Part shown: one piece after another, positions 43,666 through 52,895 of the stretch
Layout of the letters: each line of letters begins with the position of its first letter
Position numbering within the stretch: position 1 is the stretch's first letter
Assembly: GCA_965220085.1 (NCBI GenBank)
Contig: CBDCOZ010000003.1
Coordinates: 640,001-704,000, forward strand
From: Candidatus Oxydemutatoraceae bacterium
GTDB lineage: Bacteria; Pseudomonadota; Gammaproteobacteria; Poriferisulfidales; Oxydemutatoraceae
Length of the DNA stretch: 64,000 bases
Direction of reading: 5' to 3'
The notes under the pieces: generated by a model
Database searches by the model: none
Told to the model about the DNA's origin: nothing
What the model saw: the letters and a program-made list of their open reading frames with translations, nothing else
Position numbers and translations under genes: made by a program

Positions 43666-43920
43666 CAAGTTTAATCGTTGCTCTCCTCCTCATGAATTTC
43701 GTTGCACCATATGGATTTCGTTGCACTATACCGCAAGTGCGGTCATTTGCAAGTTTAATCGTTGCTCTCCTCCTCATGAATTTCGTTGCACCATATGGAT
43801 TTCGTTGCACTATACCACAAGTGCGGTCATTTGCAAGTTTAATCGTTGCTCTCCTCCTCATGAATTTCGTTGCACCATATGGATTTCGTTGCACTATACC
43901 ACAAGTGCGGTCATTTGCAA
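43666..43920. repeat. Three tandem 84-bp units, each with a TTGCAA-16-TATAGT promoter on the minus strand
   Basis: Units at 43666, 43750 and 43834. Confidence 0.92.
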
Positions 43921-44085
43921 GCGCTTTTTTATCAAGCCTCAACGACTGCCTCCGGCGACCGGTTGCGTCGTCGTTGCGAGGTGTCGCTATTGCCTGTTGG
44001 CTTTTGTTGAAGCCGGCAATCCGGAATGTTTCTGGCATTATGCAGCCTTCGGTTGCAATCGCAGCAGAGGCGGTATAATGGGCGA

Positions 44086-44745
44086 ATGCGCGTAATACTT
44101 ATATTTGCCTTGCTTGTATCTCCGTCCTTTGCCGACAAGGATGTCCCGCATCCGGTGACCGAAAGAGGGGCAGGCCGCTTTCAATTGCCGCCCGATATCA
44201 GCGCTTTCTCGGATGACCGGTTGCTCGCTATCAAAGAAGAGTATTTGGGACATCTGCAACGTTACCAGAAACTGGAAACCGATAAGGAGGCGCGTCAGGA
44301 GTTGTTTGAGGCTCTGCGTATGTATAACGAGGAACGCGCTAAAATTTCCGCAGTGATTCCGCAGTTAATCAAGGCGTATCAAGTCGATCGGGAGTACGCC
44401 GACAAGATGCGCGCCTATGCCGAACGCTTTGCGCAGATACACGACGAATACCACGATCAGGTGCGCAAACTGTCCGACTACAAATCCTATGATTTCAGGT
44501 TGGGCATTACGTATATATCGTTCCTGAAGATGTTAGAGGAATCTCCGGACCTTTACGGCAAGTTGCGGCGCGATATGGATGATGAGAAGTCTGTAATCGG
44601 GGGGTATGTCAAGCGTCTTGAAGCGGCATCCCAAGCGGTTGCGAGTGTGAGCGGTCAAATTGAAGAGATTCATGTCATACGAGAACTTGAAGTCGCGCTG
44701 AAAAGGGTGGAAGAAGAATTGCTGGCGCGAATTGCCGACGATTGA
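44086..44745 (+). CDS. Hypothetical secreted alpha-helical protein
   Basis: Signal peptide MRVILIFALLVSPSFA; charged helical composition. Confidence 0.7.
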   Translation: MRVILIFALLVSPSFADKDVPHPVTERGAGRFQLPPDISAFSDDRLLAIKEEYLGHLQRYQKLETDKEARQELFEALRMYNEERAKISAVIPQLIKAYQVDREYADKMRAYAERFAQIHDEYHDQVRKLSDYKSYDFRLGITYISFLKMLEESPDLYGKLRRDMDDEKSVIGGYVKRLEAASQAVASVSGQIEEIHVIRELEVALKRVEEELLARIADD

Positions 44746-45636
44746 TCAAGGTTCTTTCGCGCCGGCGCCGGTCTGTGTTGTCAGCTTTCTTGCGATATCA
44801 AAGACGGCATCCGCATCGAGCGCCCGATCATTGTCATCAAACAGCGCCTTGATACAGGCGCGCTGTAACTTGAGCTTCAAGGCTCCGATTCCAAGGCCGC
44901 CAAAAACCATCTTGCCATCGCGCGGCGTCGCATAGTCGCTCGCCTCTATGCCTTCAAACCCGGTCGGCGGACGGGTATTCACATCGGCGATTGCCCGGAG
45001 TTTTGCGAGCGCGCTCCACTGCGAACGGCTCGCCAGCCGGACGCCGGTCTTGCCCGTAGCGACCGCCATATCGGCCTCTTGCAACGCGCTTTGCGTTTGC
45101 TCGTCGTCGCCGCATTCAATCGGCGTCGGTCGCGTTCCGAACTCTGCGGCAATGGAATCACACGCCTTGCGCGCGCGCGCAAGCGTGCGCGAACTCAGCA
45201 GGACATTCTGCGCGCCGCGCTTTAGCATCATGACGGCGGCCCGCTGGCCGACCGGGCCGGTGCCGGCCAACACCACGGCGGTTTTGCCTTTGACCGGAAA
45301 ATGCGCATCGAGCAGAGCGACGGCGGCGGCGGCGGTGGTGTTGCAACCGTTGCTGTCCAACATGACAGAGACGCGAAAGTTGGCAAAAAAGCGACTCCGC
45401 ACGGCTTTGAATAATTTCTGTCCGCTGTCAAGGTCGCTGCCGCCGACAAATATCGCGGTATTCTTTTTGTGCTTCGCCGCGCGGGTATACATCGCGCCTT
45501 CGGTTAACGCCGCGCAGTTGTCTTCGTTGATTCCGGCATACTGGATCAGATGATCGGCGCCGCCGTCATAAGCAACGACCGCGTCAAACGAGCTAGGGAT
45601 AGAATCGGTATCAAAATGTAGCAGCAGTTTTTTCAT
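44746..45636 (-). CDS. mtdA: NAD(P)-dependent methylene-H4MPT/H4F dehydrogenase, MtdA-type
   Basis: KKLLLHFDTD..PS.FD.VV.YDGGADH, LDSNG.NTTAAA, VVLAGTGPVG, GIGALKLKL match MtdA as I recall it. Confidence 0.88.
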   Translation of the reverse strand: MKKLLLHFDTDSIPSSFDAVVAYDGGADHLIQYAGINEDNCAALTEGAMYTRAAKHKKNTAIFVGGSDLDSGQKLFKAVRSRFFANFRVSVMLDSNGCNTTAAAAVALLDAHFPVKGKTAVVLAGTGPVGQRAAVMMLKRGAQNVLLSSRTLARARKACDSIAAEFGTRPTPIECGDDEQTQSALQEADMAVATGKTGVRLASRSQWSALAKLRAIADVNTRPPTGFEGIEASDYATPRDGKMVFGGLGIGALKLKLQRACIKALFDDNDRALDADAVFDIARKLTTQTGAGAKEP

Positions 45637-45655
45637 TTGTATTACTTACAGGGTG

Positions 45656-45739
45656 TGCCGAGAAGAGGACTTGAACCTCCACGGGGTTGCCCCCACTGGC
45701 ACCTGAAGCCAGCGCGTCTGCCAATTCCGCCACCTCGGC
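45656..45739 (-). tRNA. tRNA-Leu(CAG)
   Basis: GCCGAGGTGGCGGAATTGGCAGACGCGCTGGCTTCAGGTGCCAG...GTTCAAGTCCTCTTCTCGGCA; long variable arm; CCA not encoded. Confidence 0.95.
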
Positions 45740-45786
45740 AATAGTTATTCAGTGTAGAATGGCTTGCTGAAAGGGCACAATAGTAT

Positions 45787-47946
45787 ATGATGCCCGTTTT
45801 ATGTCAAATGCGTTTTTCCCACACAAACCAACCGCGACGGACGACAGCCCGCATACCGACACGACAAGAAATCTATGATGCGCTGTGCGATAGCGCGTCC
45901 GCGCCGTTGCGGTTTGAGCGGATATTGAAGCTCTTCGGCTTGAAAAGTCCGGCTTCCCGTCACGCCTTGCTGAACCGTCTCAATGCCATGTTGCGCAGCG
46001 GCGAGATCACCTGCGCCGATGCCCGCTACGGCCCGGCGCCCGATTGCCACAGCCAATCTATCGAGGGGATTGTGACGCGCAAGGACGGCAAATTATTTCT
46101 GCGCTCCGATGCCGAAGACATTCCGTTGCCGCAGCGTCTTGCGCGGCGGCTCTTTGTCAATGACAAGATCCGTTTGCGTTTGGTCGGCGCGGACAAAGCA
46201 TCGTTGCGCCCGGTTGCGGCGGAAGTGTCCGAGCGCAGCCACGAGATAATCGGAGTGTTTCGCGCGCGCGACAGCGTCGTTGTTTCGCTGCAAGACGACA
46301 CGCCGATACGCGTTGACAAAAAGGCCGCCCAAGGCATCGCCGACGGCGCGACGGTGGCGGCAAAATTATCGCCGCCGACGTTTCTTGGCGAAGAGTTGGC
46401 GGCGGCATCGGTCGCGGTGCGCAAGCAAACGAATATTGCGGCGCTTGAGATAGATTTGGCAATACGCAACTTTGGTTTGCCCGAGCGCTGGCCGGATGCG
46501 GCGCTGCGCGAGAGCGAGACCATCGCCGACAAAGTGCGCCGCAAACCGTCCAAAGTCCGGCGTGATCTGCGCGACAAATGCTTTGTGACGATAGACGGCG
46601 AGGATGCCAAGGATTTTGATGACGCGATTTTGGTCGAACATACGGACGGCAAGACCTATCTGTCGGTTGCGATTGCCGATGTCGCGTCCTATGTCGCGCC
46701 GGGCAGCGCCTTGGACAAGGAAGCGTACCTGCGAGGGAATTCGATTTATTTTCCGGGCAAGGTGATTCCTATGTTGCCGCCGATGTTGTCCGACGGCTTG
46801 TGTTCCTTGCGCCCGGGCGAAGATCGGCTTGCCATGGTGTGCGCGATGTGCCTGTCATCGGACGGCGAACTGGGCGACTATCGGATTTTCCCGGCGGTAA
46901 TTCGTTCGCATGCGCGGCTGACATACGGGAATGTCGCGGCCTTTCTGGCCAGGAAAGGGGCATTGCGCGATGCCCCTCGCGGTGTGGCGACGATGCTGCG
47001 CAACGCCTATAAACTTTGGCAAGTTCTGCATCGGGCGCGGCGCCGGCGCGGCGCGCTCGATCTGGATGTGCCGAGCGCATACGTTGCGTTCGATGCCCAA
47101 GGCGGGTTTCGCTCGGCCGAGCCGCTCGTGCGCAACGATGCGCACCGCATGATCGAAGAGTTCATGATTTGCGCGAATGTGGCGGCCGCCCGTTTTTTGT
47201 CACAGCACAAAGCCGCGTATCTGCGCCGCGTACATCAGGGTTTGAAGGAAGACGGCTTGGATAGTCTGAATGACTTTTTGCGCGATCTAAAGCTGCGGGC
47301 GAAGGACGAGACGCCTTCCGATATCGCCGCATTGTTGAACGAAGCGGAAACGCACCAACACAAGCAACTGATACATCTGGTTATCCTGCGCTTGCTCGCC
47401 CGCGCCGTCTATGCGCCGCTCGATAGCGGACATTTTGGTCTGGCGCTGGAGAAATATGCGCATTTTACTTCGCCGATCCGTCGCTACCCCGACCTGCTGG
47501 CGCATCGCGCGATTCATGCCGCGTTGGGTTTGCCGGCGGGACAAAAGCACGGCGACAAGAGTTTGACCGACATCGGAATCCATTGTTCGGAAACAGAAAA
47601 GCGCGCCGACGATGCGACCAGAGACATCGACCGTTGCTTTAAGTGCCATCTCTTGCAGAAACATGTCGGAAGTGTTTTCAACGCATGCGCGCAGGGCATA
47701 ACCGATTTCGGCATGTTTATGGAAATCGAAGGGATGTATGTTGACGGCTTGCTGCATATAAGCAAGCTCGGCGATGACTATTACCATTATGATTCCCGTT
47801 CCCAATCGTTGCGAGGGGAGCGCAACGGCGCGGTCTATCGTTTGGGATCACGGATGAAAGTGCGCATTGTCCGGGTGGACCCCGCTAAGCGGGAAGTGGA
47901 CATAGTGCCCGCGAATCAGAGCGCCCGGCGCGGGAGAAAGCGCTAG
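45787..47946 (+). CDS. rnr: Ribonuclease R
   Basis: TIDGEDAKDFDDA, IEEFMI.AN, HFTSPIRRYPDL, C-terminal S1 domain. Confidence 0.95.
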   Translation: MMPVLCQMRFSHTNQPRRTTARIPTRQEIYDALCDSASAPLRFERILKLFGLKSPASRHALLNRLNAMLRSGEITCADARYGPAPDCHSQSIEGIVTRKDGKLFLRSDAEDIPLPQRLARRLFVNDKIRLRLVGADKASLRPVAAEVSERSHEIIGVFRARDSVVVSLQDDTPIRVDKKAAQGIADGATVAAKLSPPTFLGEELAAASVAVRKQTNIAALEIDLAIRNFGLPERWPDAALRESETIADKVRRKPSKVRRDLRDKCFVTIDGEDAKDFDDAILVEHTDGKTYLSVAIADVASYVAPGSALDKEAYLRGNSIYFPGKVIPMLPPMLSDGLCSLRPGEDRLAMVCAMCLSSDGELGDYRIFPAVIRSHARLTYGNVAAFLARKGALRDAPRGVATMLRNAYKLWQVLHRARRRRGALDLDVPSAYVAFDAQGGFRSAEPLVRNDAHRMIEEFMICANVAAARFLSQHKAAYLRRVHQGLKEDGLDSLNDFLRDLKLRAKDETPSDIAALLNEAETHQHKQLIHLVILRLLARAVYAPLDSGHFGLALEKYAHFTSPIRRYPDLLAHRAIHAALGLPAGQKHGDKSLTDIGIHCSETEKRADDATRDIDRCFKCHLLQKHVGSVFNACAQGITDFGMFMEIEGMYVDGLLHISKLGDDYYHYDSRSQSLRGERNGAVYRLGSRMKVRIVRVDPAKREVDIVPANQSARRGRKR

Positions 47947-48168
47947 TTCATATCCGTTGTTTTCTTTGGGCATAAAACCGAAGGCGAATCATGCCAGAAA
48001 CATTGCGGGTTGCCGGCTTCAAGCCGCAATAGCAAGCCATCGCCGCCGATAGCCAAGATTTCCATATAAATAGCCGCTTCCGCCGCAAAAGAGGCGGCTA
48101 TCAGTGATAAGGCCAAAGCGCGAAGCCTTGCCCTGTGTGCCCAATATGTCACGGCATCCTACAGGCGC

Positions 48169-48196
48169 TTGCAAATAACTTGCACTGTGGTATAGT
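48169..48196 (+). promoter_or_regulatory. Putative promoter of the LEGPLR array
   Basis: TTGCAA-16bp-TATAGT with extended -10 (TG). Confidence 0.6.
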
Positions 48197-48339
48197 GCGG
48201 TTTAGAAAGGATGGTCGGAGACGCTGGCGCTGTTTTTCTTGCAAAAGGCTTGCGCTTTGCAGCAGACTGCGGCATACGGTGCTAAGAGCACCGACGTATA
48301 ACTTGTATTTACCGGAGATAAACCATGAGGAGTAATAGC

Positions 48340-49528
48340 ATGAATCGACAGACTTCTAATACTTCCCCCTCAAGCAGGCGGAAGATCTTGCATTTGCAGG
48401 CATGTAGTGCGAAGCAAAAAACGTTAATACTACCCCCCCCCCCCCCCCCGCTATGTAAATAAGGGGATTGCGGGCGTTTCGCCGTCTCGCCTCTTCACCC
48501 GTTTTTTATCACCCGCATATCGCAACCCGCCATCCGCCGTAGCGCGGCTGCGTTGCCCGGCTGTGCCCGGTCTGCGGCTTTCGCTATGGCGGCGATTTGT
48601 GGCGCTCTTTGCGCCCGCACGGGCGGCGGCGCCGACCGACGGGGTTGCATCAAGAACTGCCATGCATTGCCTGCTGGCATTGTCCCTGGCATTGGGCGCA
48701 ACCTGCGCCTCGGCCCAGACAAGCGGCATCCCCGCCGCCCAGGATATCAGCATTGATGCCGAGGTTTGGGGTAGTTCCTACGAGTTTGCTCTCAACGACT
48801 TTGCCTTCAAAAATGCGGATGGCAGCCCCACCACCAGAAGTGATTTCGTCGTGGAAATAGCCACTTTGCCTGACCGTGGCATATTGGTTAAAAGAAGCGG
48901 GCGGGTTATTCGCATCAATCAGGTGCAGAGTGCGATCCACCCTTCCGACTTAAGGGGAGGCGAGTCTTTGCAATTACTCTGGGTGCCTCCCTCTGATGTC
49001 ATTTCCGAAACCCCCGGCTATACCAGTTTCACTTATCGCGGCTACAGTTTCAGGGATCCCAGCACCTACAGTTCGCATGGCACCGTCACCATCAATATGG
49101 TGGCGCTTCGCGAAGCGCAACAAATCGCCGATGGTGCGCCCACGGTGACGGGTAGCACGGGCATTTCATATGATGTCAATGCGCCGCTGACGGCTTCCAT
49201 CTATGGCGTGACTGATCGCAACGGCATTGATACAAGCACCCTGGGCTGGAAGTGGCAACAGGCCGATGCGCCCGTCAGCGGTGTTCCCGCAGACAGCGCC
49301 TACATTGACATAGCGGGCACCATGACAACGGGCGGCCTCACCTCCGCCTTCACGCCGCGCGCCGCCCATGTCGGCAAATACATTCGCGTATGCGCCTCCT
49401 TCAAGGACCAGCACCCCATGCCGGAATCCGAGGAGCAATGCACCATCGGTCTTCCTGTGGAAGGTGCGTCGTCCGGCGCAAGTTTGCGTTTGCGTCTGCG
49501 TCTCTTTCTGGAAGGGCCGTTGCGGTAA
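48340..49528 (+). CDS. LEGPLR-family secreted protein 4; frameshifted at poly-C17 (phase OFF)
   Basis: ATG 48340 after GAGGAG; C17 at 48433-48449 leads to TAA at 48460; 16 C would read RYVNKG...RFLSP... into ORF 48563-49528. Confidence 0.82.
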
Positions 49529-50631
49529 TGGAAACTTCACATAGGAGATATTTAAAAATGTTTGCAGTACTTACATCCATGCATCGCCTTGCGGGCATAG
49601 CGAGCGCTTCGCCGCATAAGCTTGCCGGTCGCTTTTTATCGCCCGCACATAGCAACCCGCCATCCGCAAAGCGGTGCGTGTCGGCTGTGCGCGGGTTGTC
49701 GCTGTGGTTGCGGTCTGTTGCGGTGCGGAAGGCAGGCGCCGGCGGCGCCGTAGCTGGATGCGCCATGCATTGCCTGCTGGCATTGTCCCTGGCGTTGGGC
49801 GCAACCTGCGCCTCGGCCCAGACAAGCGGCATCCCCGCCGCTCAGGATATCAGCATTGATGTCCCTGTTGGGAACCTTACCTACATCTTTCAGGAAAACG
49901 ACTTTGCCTTCAAAGATGCGGATGGCAGCACTGCCACCAGAAGCGAATTCGGCGTGGAACTCATCACTTTGCCTGACCGCGGCATATTGATTAGAAGAAA
50001 CGGAGGATTAATCCGCATCGATGGGACGAGACTCTTCGCTCCCACCTTTGACGCCGATTCTGGCAACAATCTGTTCTGGGTGCCTCCCTCTGATGCCATT
50101 TCTGCCGCCCCCGGCTATGCCAGTTTTGCTTATCGCGGCGTCGCTTTCAGCGATGTCAACGCCATAAGTTCGCATGGCACCGTCACCATCAATCTGGTCA
50201 TAGACGAAACCTCGCAGGTAGCCGCCACCGGTGTGCCCGCGGTGACGGGCGGCACGGGCGCTTCATATGGAATCAATGCGCCGCTGACGGCTTCCATCTA
50301 TGGCGTGGCTGATGACAATGGCATTGATACAAGCACCCTGAGCTGGAGGTGGGAAGAAGCCGATATCCCCGCCACCGGCACCTCTGTAGCCCGTGAGGAT
50401 GCCTACGGCGATATAGCGGGTGCCGCGACAACGGGCGGCATCACCTCCGGCTTCACGCCGCGCGCCGCCCATGTAGGCAAATACATTCGCGTATGCGCCT
50501 CCTTCAAGGACCAGCACCCCACGCCGAAAGACGAGAAGCGATGCAACGTCGGCGTTCCTGTGGTCAATCCGTCGTCCGGCTCAAGTCTGCGTTTGCGCCT
50601 GCGTCTCTTTCTGGAAGGGCCGTTGCGGTAA
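49528..50631 (+). CDS. LEGPLR-family secreted protein 5 (paralog of protein 4), coupled by TAATG
   Basis: METSHRR leader, ...ATCASAQ signal cleavage, ends LRLRLRLFLEGPLR. Confidence 0.85.
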   Translation: METSHRRYLKMFAVLTSMHRLAGIASASPHKLAGRFLSPAHSNPPSAKRCVSAVRGLSLWLRSVAVRKAGAGGAVAGCAMHCLLALSLALGATCASAQTSGIPAAQDISIDVPVGNLTYIFQENDFAFKDADGSTATRSEFGVELITLPDRGILIRRNGGLIRIDGTRLFAPTFDADSGNNLFWVPPSDAISAAPGYASFAYRGVAFSDVNAISSHGTVTINLVIDETSQVAATGVPAVTGGTGASYGINAPLTASIYGVADDNGIDTSTLSWRWEEADIPATGTSVAREDAYGDIAGAATTGGITSGFTPRAAHVGKYIRVCASFKDQHPTPKDEKRCNVGVPVVNPSSGSSLRLRLRLFLEGPLR

Positions 50632-50674
50632 TGGGAAACACACTTTATGTACAAACCACATCGGGAGTCATACT

Positions 50675-51418
50675 ATGAATAGACAAATTTCTAATACTGC
50701 CCCGCATTGGCGGGCAACACTCACCCGGCTTAGCCTCCGGTCGCCGATTGCGTCTTCACGCGGGGCGTCTGATTTAAGTTCGCATCATCTTAAAATTGCG
50801 GGAGGGATTTGCGCGGCGATGATGCTCGCTTGCGCATTCGCCGCGAACAGCGTGTCAGCGCAAACTTGTCCGCAGGGACAGGAAAATGTTCGCGGAACTT
50901 GCCGCAATGTTTGCGCCGACGGAGAAATGCGAATCACTTCCACAGTGTCGGGTTTCGAATTTAACACCGGTTGCTTTCCCGATGCGGAGATTGCCATTGT
51001 GGATGACTGCAGGGATGCGGGATGGGGGGACGGCACCGGCGACGGAGTCGGAATATTTTTTTCACTGGGGCTGTTGGGTTGCCAAATTCCGTCCGAGCTT
51101 TATGCCAGCACATCCTCGCGAGCAGACAGCCTCTGCTACATCCGAGGGGGCGCGCCATTATGCGCAGACATGTACGGCGCTCCGCCGGCTTTTCCGAAAG
51201 CCGCGGAACACCCCGATGTCACAGTAGGGTCCAATGCTTTCTTTGTGGCAAATTGCGACCGCAACGGGAATGTCCCCGGCGGTTATCCGCCGGACCGCAA
51301 CTTGAACGGCGAAACCGAATGCAGTTGCAATCCGGGTTCGCACTTCGGCGAATATCCGAACTGCGCTCCGGGCCCGCGTTTGCGTCTGCGTCTCTTTCTG
51401 GAAGGGCCGTTGCGGTAA
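50675..51418 (+). CDS. LEGPLR-family secreted protein 6, cysteine-rich body
   Basis: RBS GGAG; extended leader, ...AANSVSAQ; many Cys; ends PRLRLRLFLEGPLR. Confidence 0.82.
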   Translation: MNRQISNTAPHWRATLTRLSLRSPIASSRGASDLSSHHLKIAGGICAAMMLACAFAANSVSAQTCPQGQENVRGTCRNVCADGEMRITSTVSGFEFNTGCFPDAEIAIVDDCRDAGWGDGTGDGVGIFFSLGLLGCQIPSELYASTSSRADSLCYIRGGAPLCADMYGAPPAFPKAAEHPDVTVGSNAFFVANCDRNGNVPGGYPPDRNLNGETECSCNPGSHFGEYPNCAPGPRLRLRLFLEGPLR

Positions 51419-52584
51419 TGGAAACTTCACATAGGAGATATTTAAAAATGTTTACAGCACTTACATCCATGCGCCGCCTTGCGGGCATAGCGGGCGCTTC
51501 GCCGCATAGGCTTGCCGGCCGCTTTTTATCACCGACACATCGCGACTCGCCATCCGTCGTAGCGCGGTTGCATCGCCCGGCTGTGGTCTGGCTGTTGCTT
51601 CCGCTGGCGCTGCTGTCCGCTCTGGCCTCCCCCGCGTTCGCGCAGTCGCTCAGCTTTGCATTTGATCTGAGTGATCGGGTAACGGTCACAGGCCGGACCA
51701 TAAGCTGGCAGTTGCCCGCAGTTCGGCAGAGCGGCGCCTACGCCTATGCGCTCGCACCCGCAACCCTGCCCGCAGGGATGACATTCTCCGCCGCCACCCG
51801 GCAAATTACGGGCACAGTCACAGCCGCCATGGCCAAAACGGAGTACACATACACCGCCACCAACGCAGACGGCGGCTCGGTGAGCGGGACTTTCGCCATT
51901 GAAGTGTTTCAGGGGCCCACATGGGAAGCCAGAGTTGGCTTCTCCCTCGCCACAACACTAGCCACTCTGGCAGTAGCTCAGGACTTGGGGGGCGATAATC
52001 AAATTTGGCTGGCGGGCGAGGCTTTGCCTGGCATGTCGATCAACCCCGTTGGCGGCACCATACCATATGCCTATACGCTATCGCCCGCGACCCTGCCCGC
52101 CGGTGTGACCGGCGCAATAAACCCTCAAATTACTGACTGGTTTCAGTTTTCCGGAACACCGACAGAAGCCATGCCCACCACCACCTACACGCTGACGGCG
52201 ACGGATTCGGCCAGCCCTCCGGTGTCCGTCGATTACACCTTCACCATCACGGTGGAAGCCGATACCGCGCCCGATTTTGGCGATGCATCGGTGGGCACCC
52301 GTATTTGGCCGCCCGGCACGACCGCAACGCTGGTATTGCCCGCAGCCACCGGCGGCAATGGCGCCATCACCTATGCGATCACTCCGAATCTGCCCGACGG
52401 CCTCGCCTTTGATGCCGACACCCGCACCATCAGCGGCGCACCCTCAACCGCTACGGCCGTCGCCGAATACACCCTCACCGCCACCGACGACGAAGGCGAC
52501 ACGGGCACGCTGACCTTCGGCATAGACGCGATGCACCCCATGCGCTTGCGTCTGCGCCTCTTCTTAGAAGGCCCGTTGCGGTAG
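51418..52584 (+). CDS. LEGPLR-family secreted protein 7 with three putative-Ig (He_PIG-like) repeats
   Basis: TAATG start; LPAGMTFSAATRQITGT, LPDGLAFDADTRTISGAP; ends MRLRLRLFLEGPLR. Confidence 0.87.
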   Translation: METSHRRYLKMFTALTSMRRLAGIAGASPHRLAGRFLSPTHRDSPSVVARLHRPAVVWLLLPLALLSALASPAFAQSLSFAFDLSDRVTVTGRTISWQLPAVRQSGAYAYALAPATLPAGMTFSAATRQITGTVTAAMAKTEYTYTATNADGGSVSGTFAIEVFQGPTWEARVGFSLATTLATLAVAQDLGGDNQIWLAGEALPGMSINPVGGTIPYAYTLSPATLPAGVTGAINPQITDWFQFSGTPTEAMPTTTYTLTATDSASPPVSVDYTFTITVEADTAPDFGDASVGTRIWPPGTTATLVLPAATGGNGAITYAITPNLPDGLAFDADTRTISGAPSTATAVAEYTLTATDDEGDTGTLTFGIDAMHPMRLRLRLFLEGPLR

Positions 52585-52657
52585 CGCGAATCGCCGCCGG
52601 CGGCGAACATGATATTTGCCCCGCGCGTCCGATAGGTCACGGCAATCCTACAGGCGC

Positions 52658-52685
52658 TTGCAAATGATTTGCACTGTGGTATAGT
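52658..52685 (+). promoter_or_regulatory. Putative promoter, second module of the array
   Basis: TTGCAA-16bp-TATAGT in near-identical context to 48169. Confidence 0.6.
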
Positions 52686-52895
52686 GCGGTTCAGAAAGGA
52701 TGGTCGGAGACGCCAGCGCTGTTTTTCTTGCAAAAGGCTTGCGCTTTAGCAGATTACAGCACTAAGAGTACCGACATTAAATAATCCGCAAACAGTTTGT
52801 GGAGCGCAAACAATACTCAATTGTTTGCGGCTTCTTAAATTGTTTGTGTACATAATGATTGTATTTACCGGAGGTAAACCATGAGGAGTAATAGC

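Noticed and set aside
43622-44095. Repetitive ORFs over the 84-bp repeat
   Set aside because: Unit length is a multiple of 3, which keeps frames open; the region reads better as promoter DNA.
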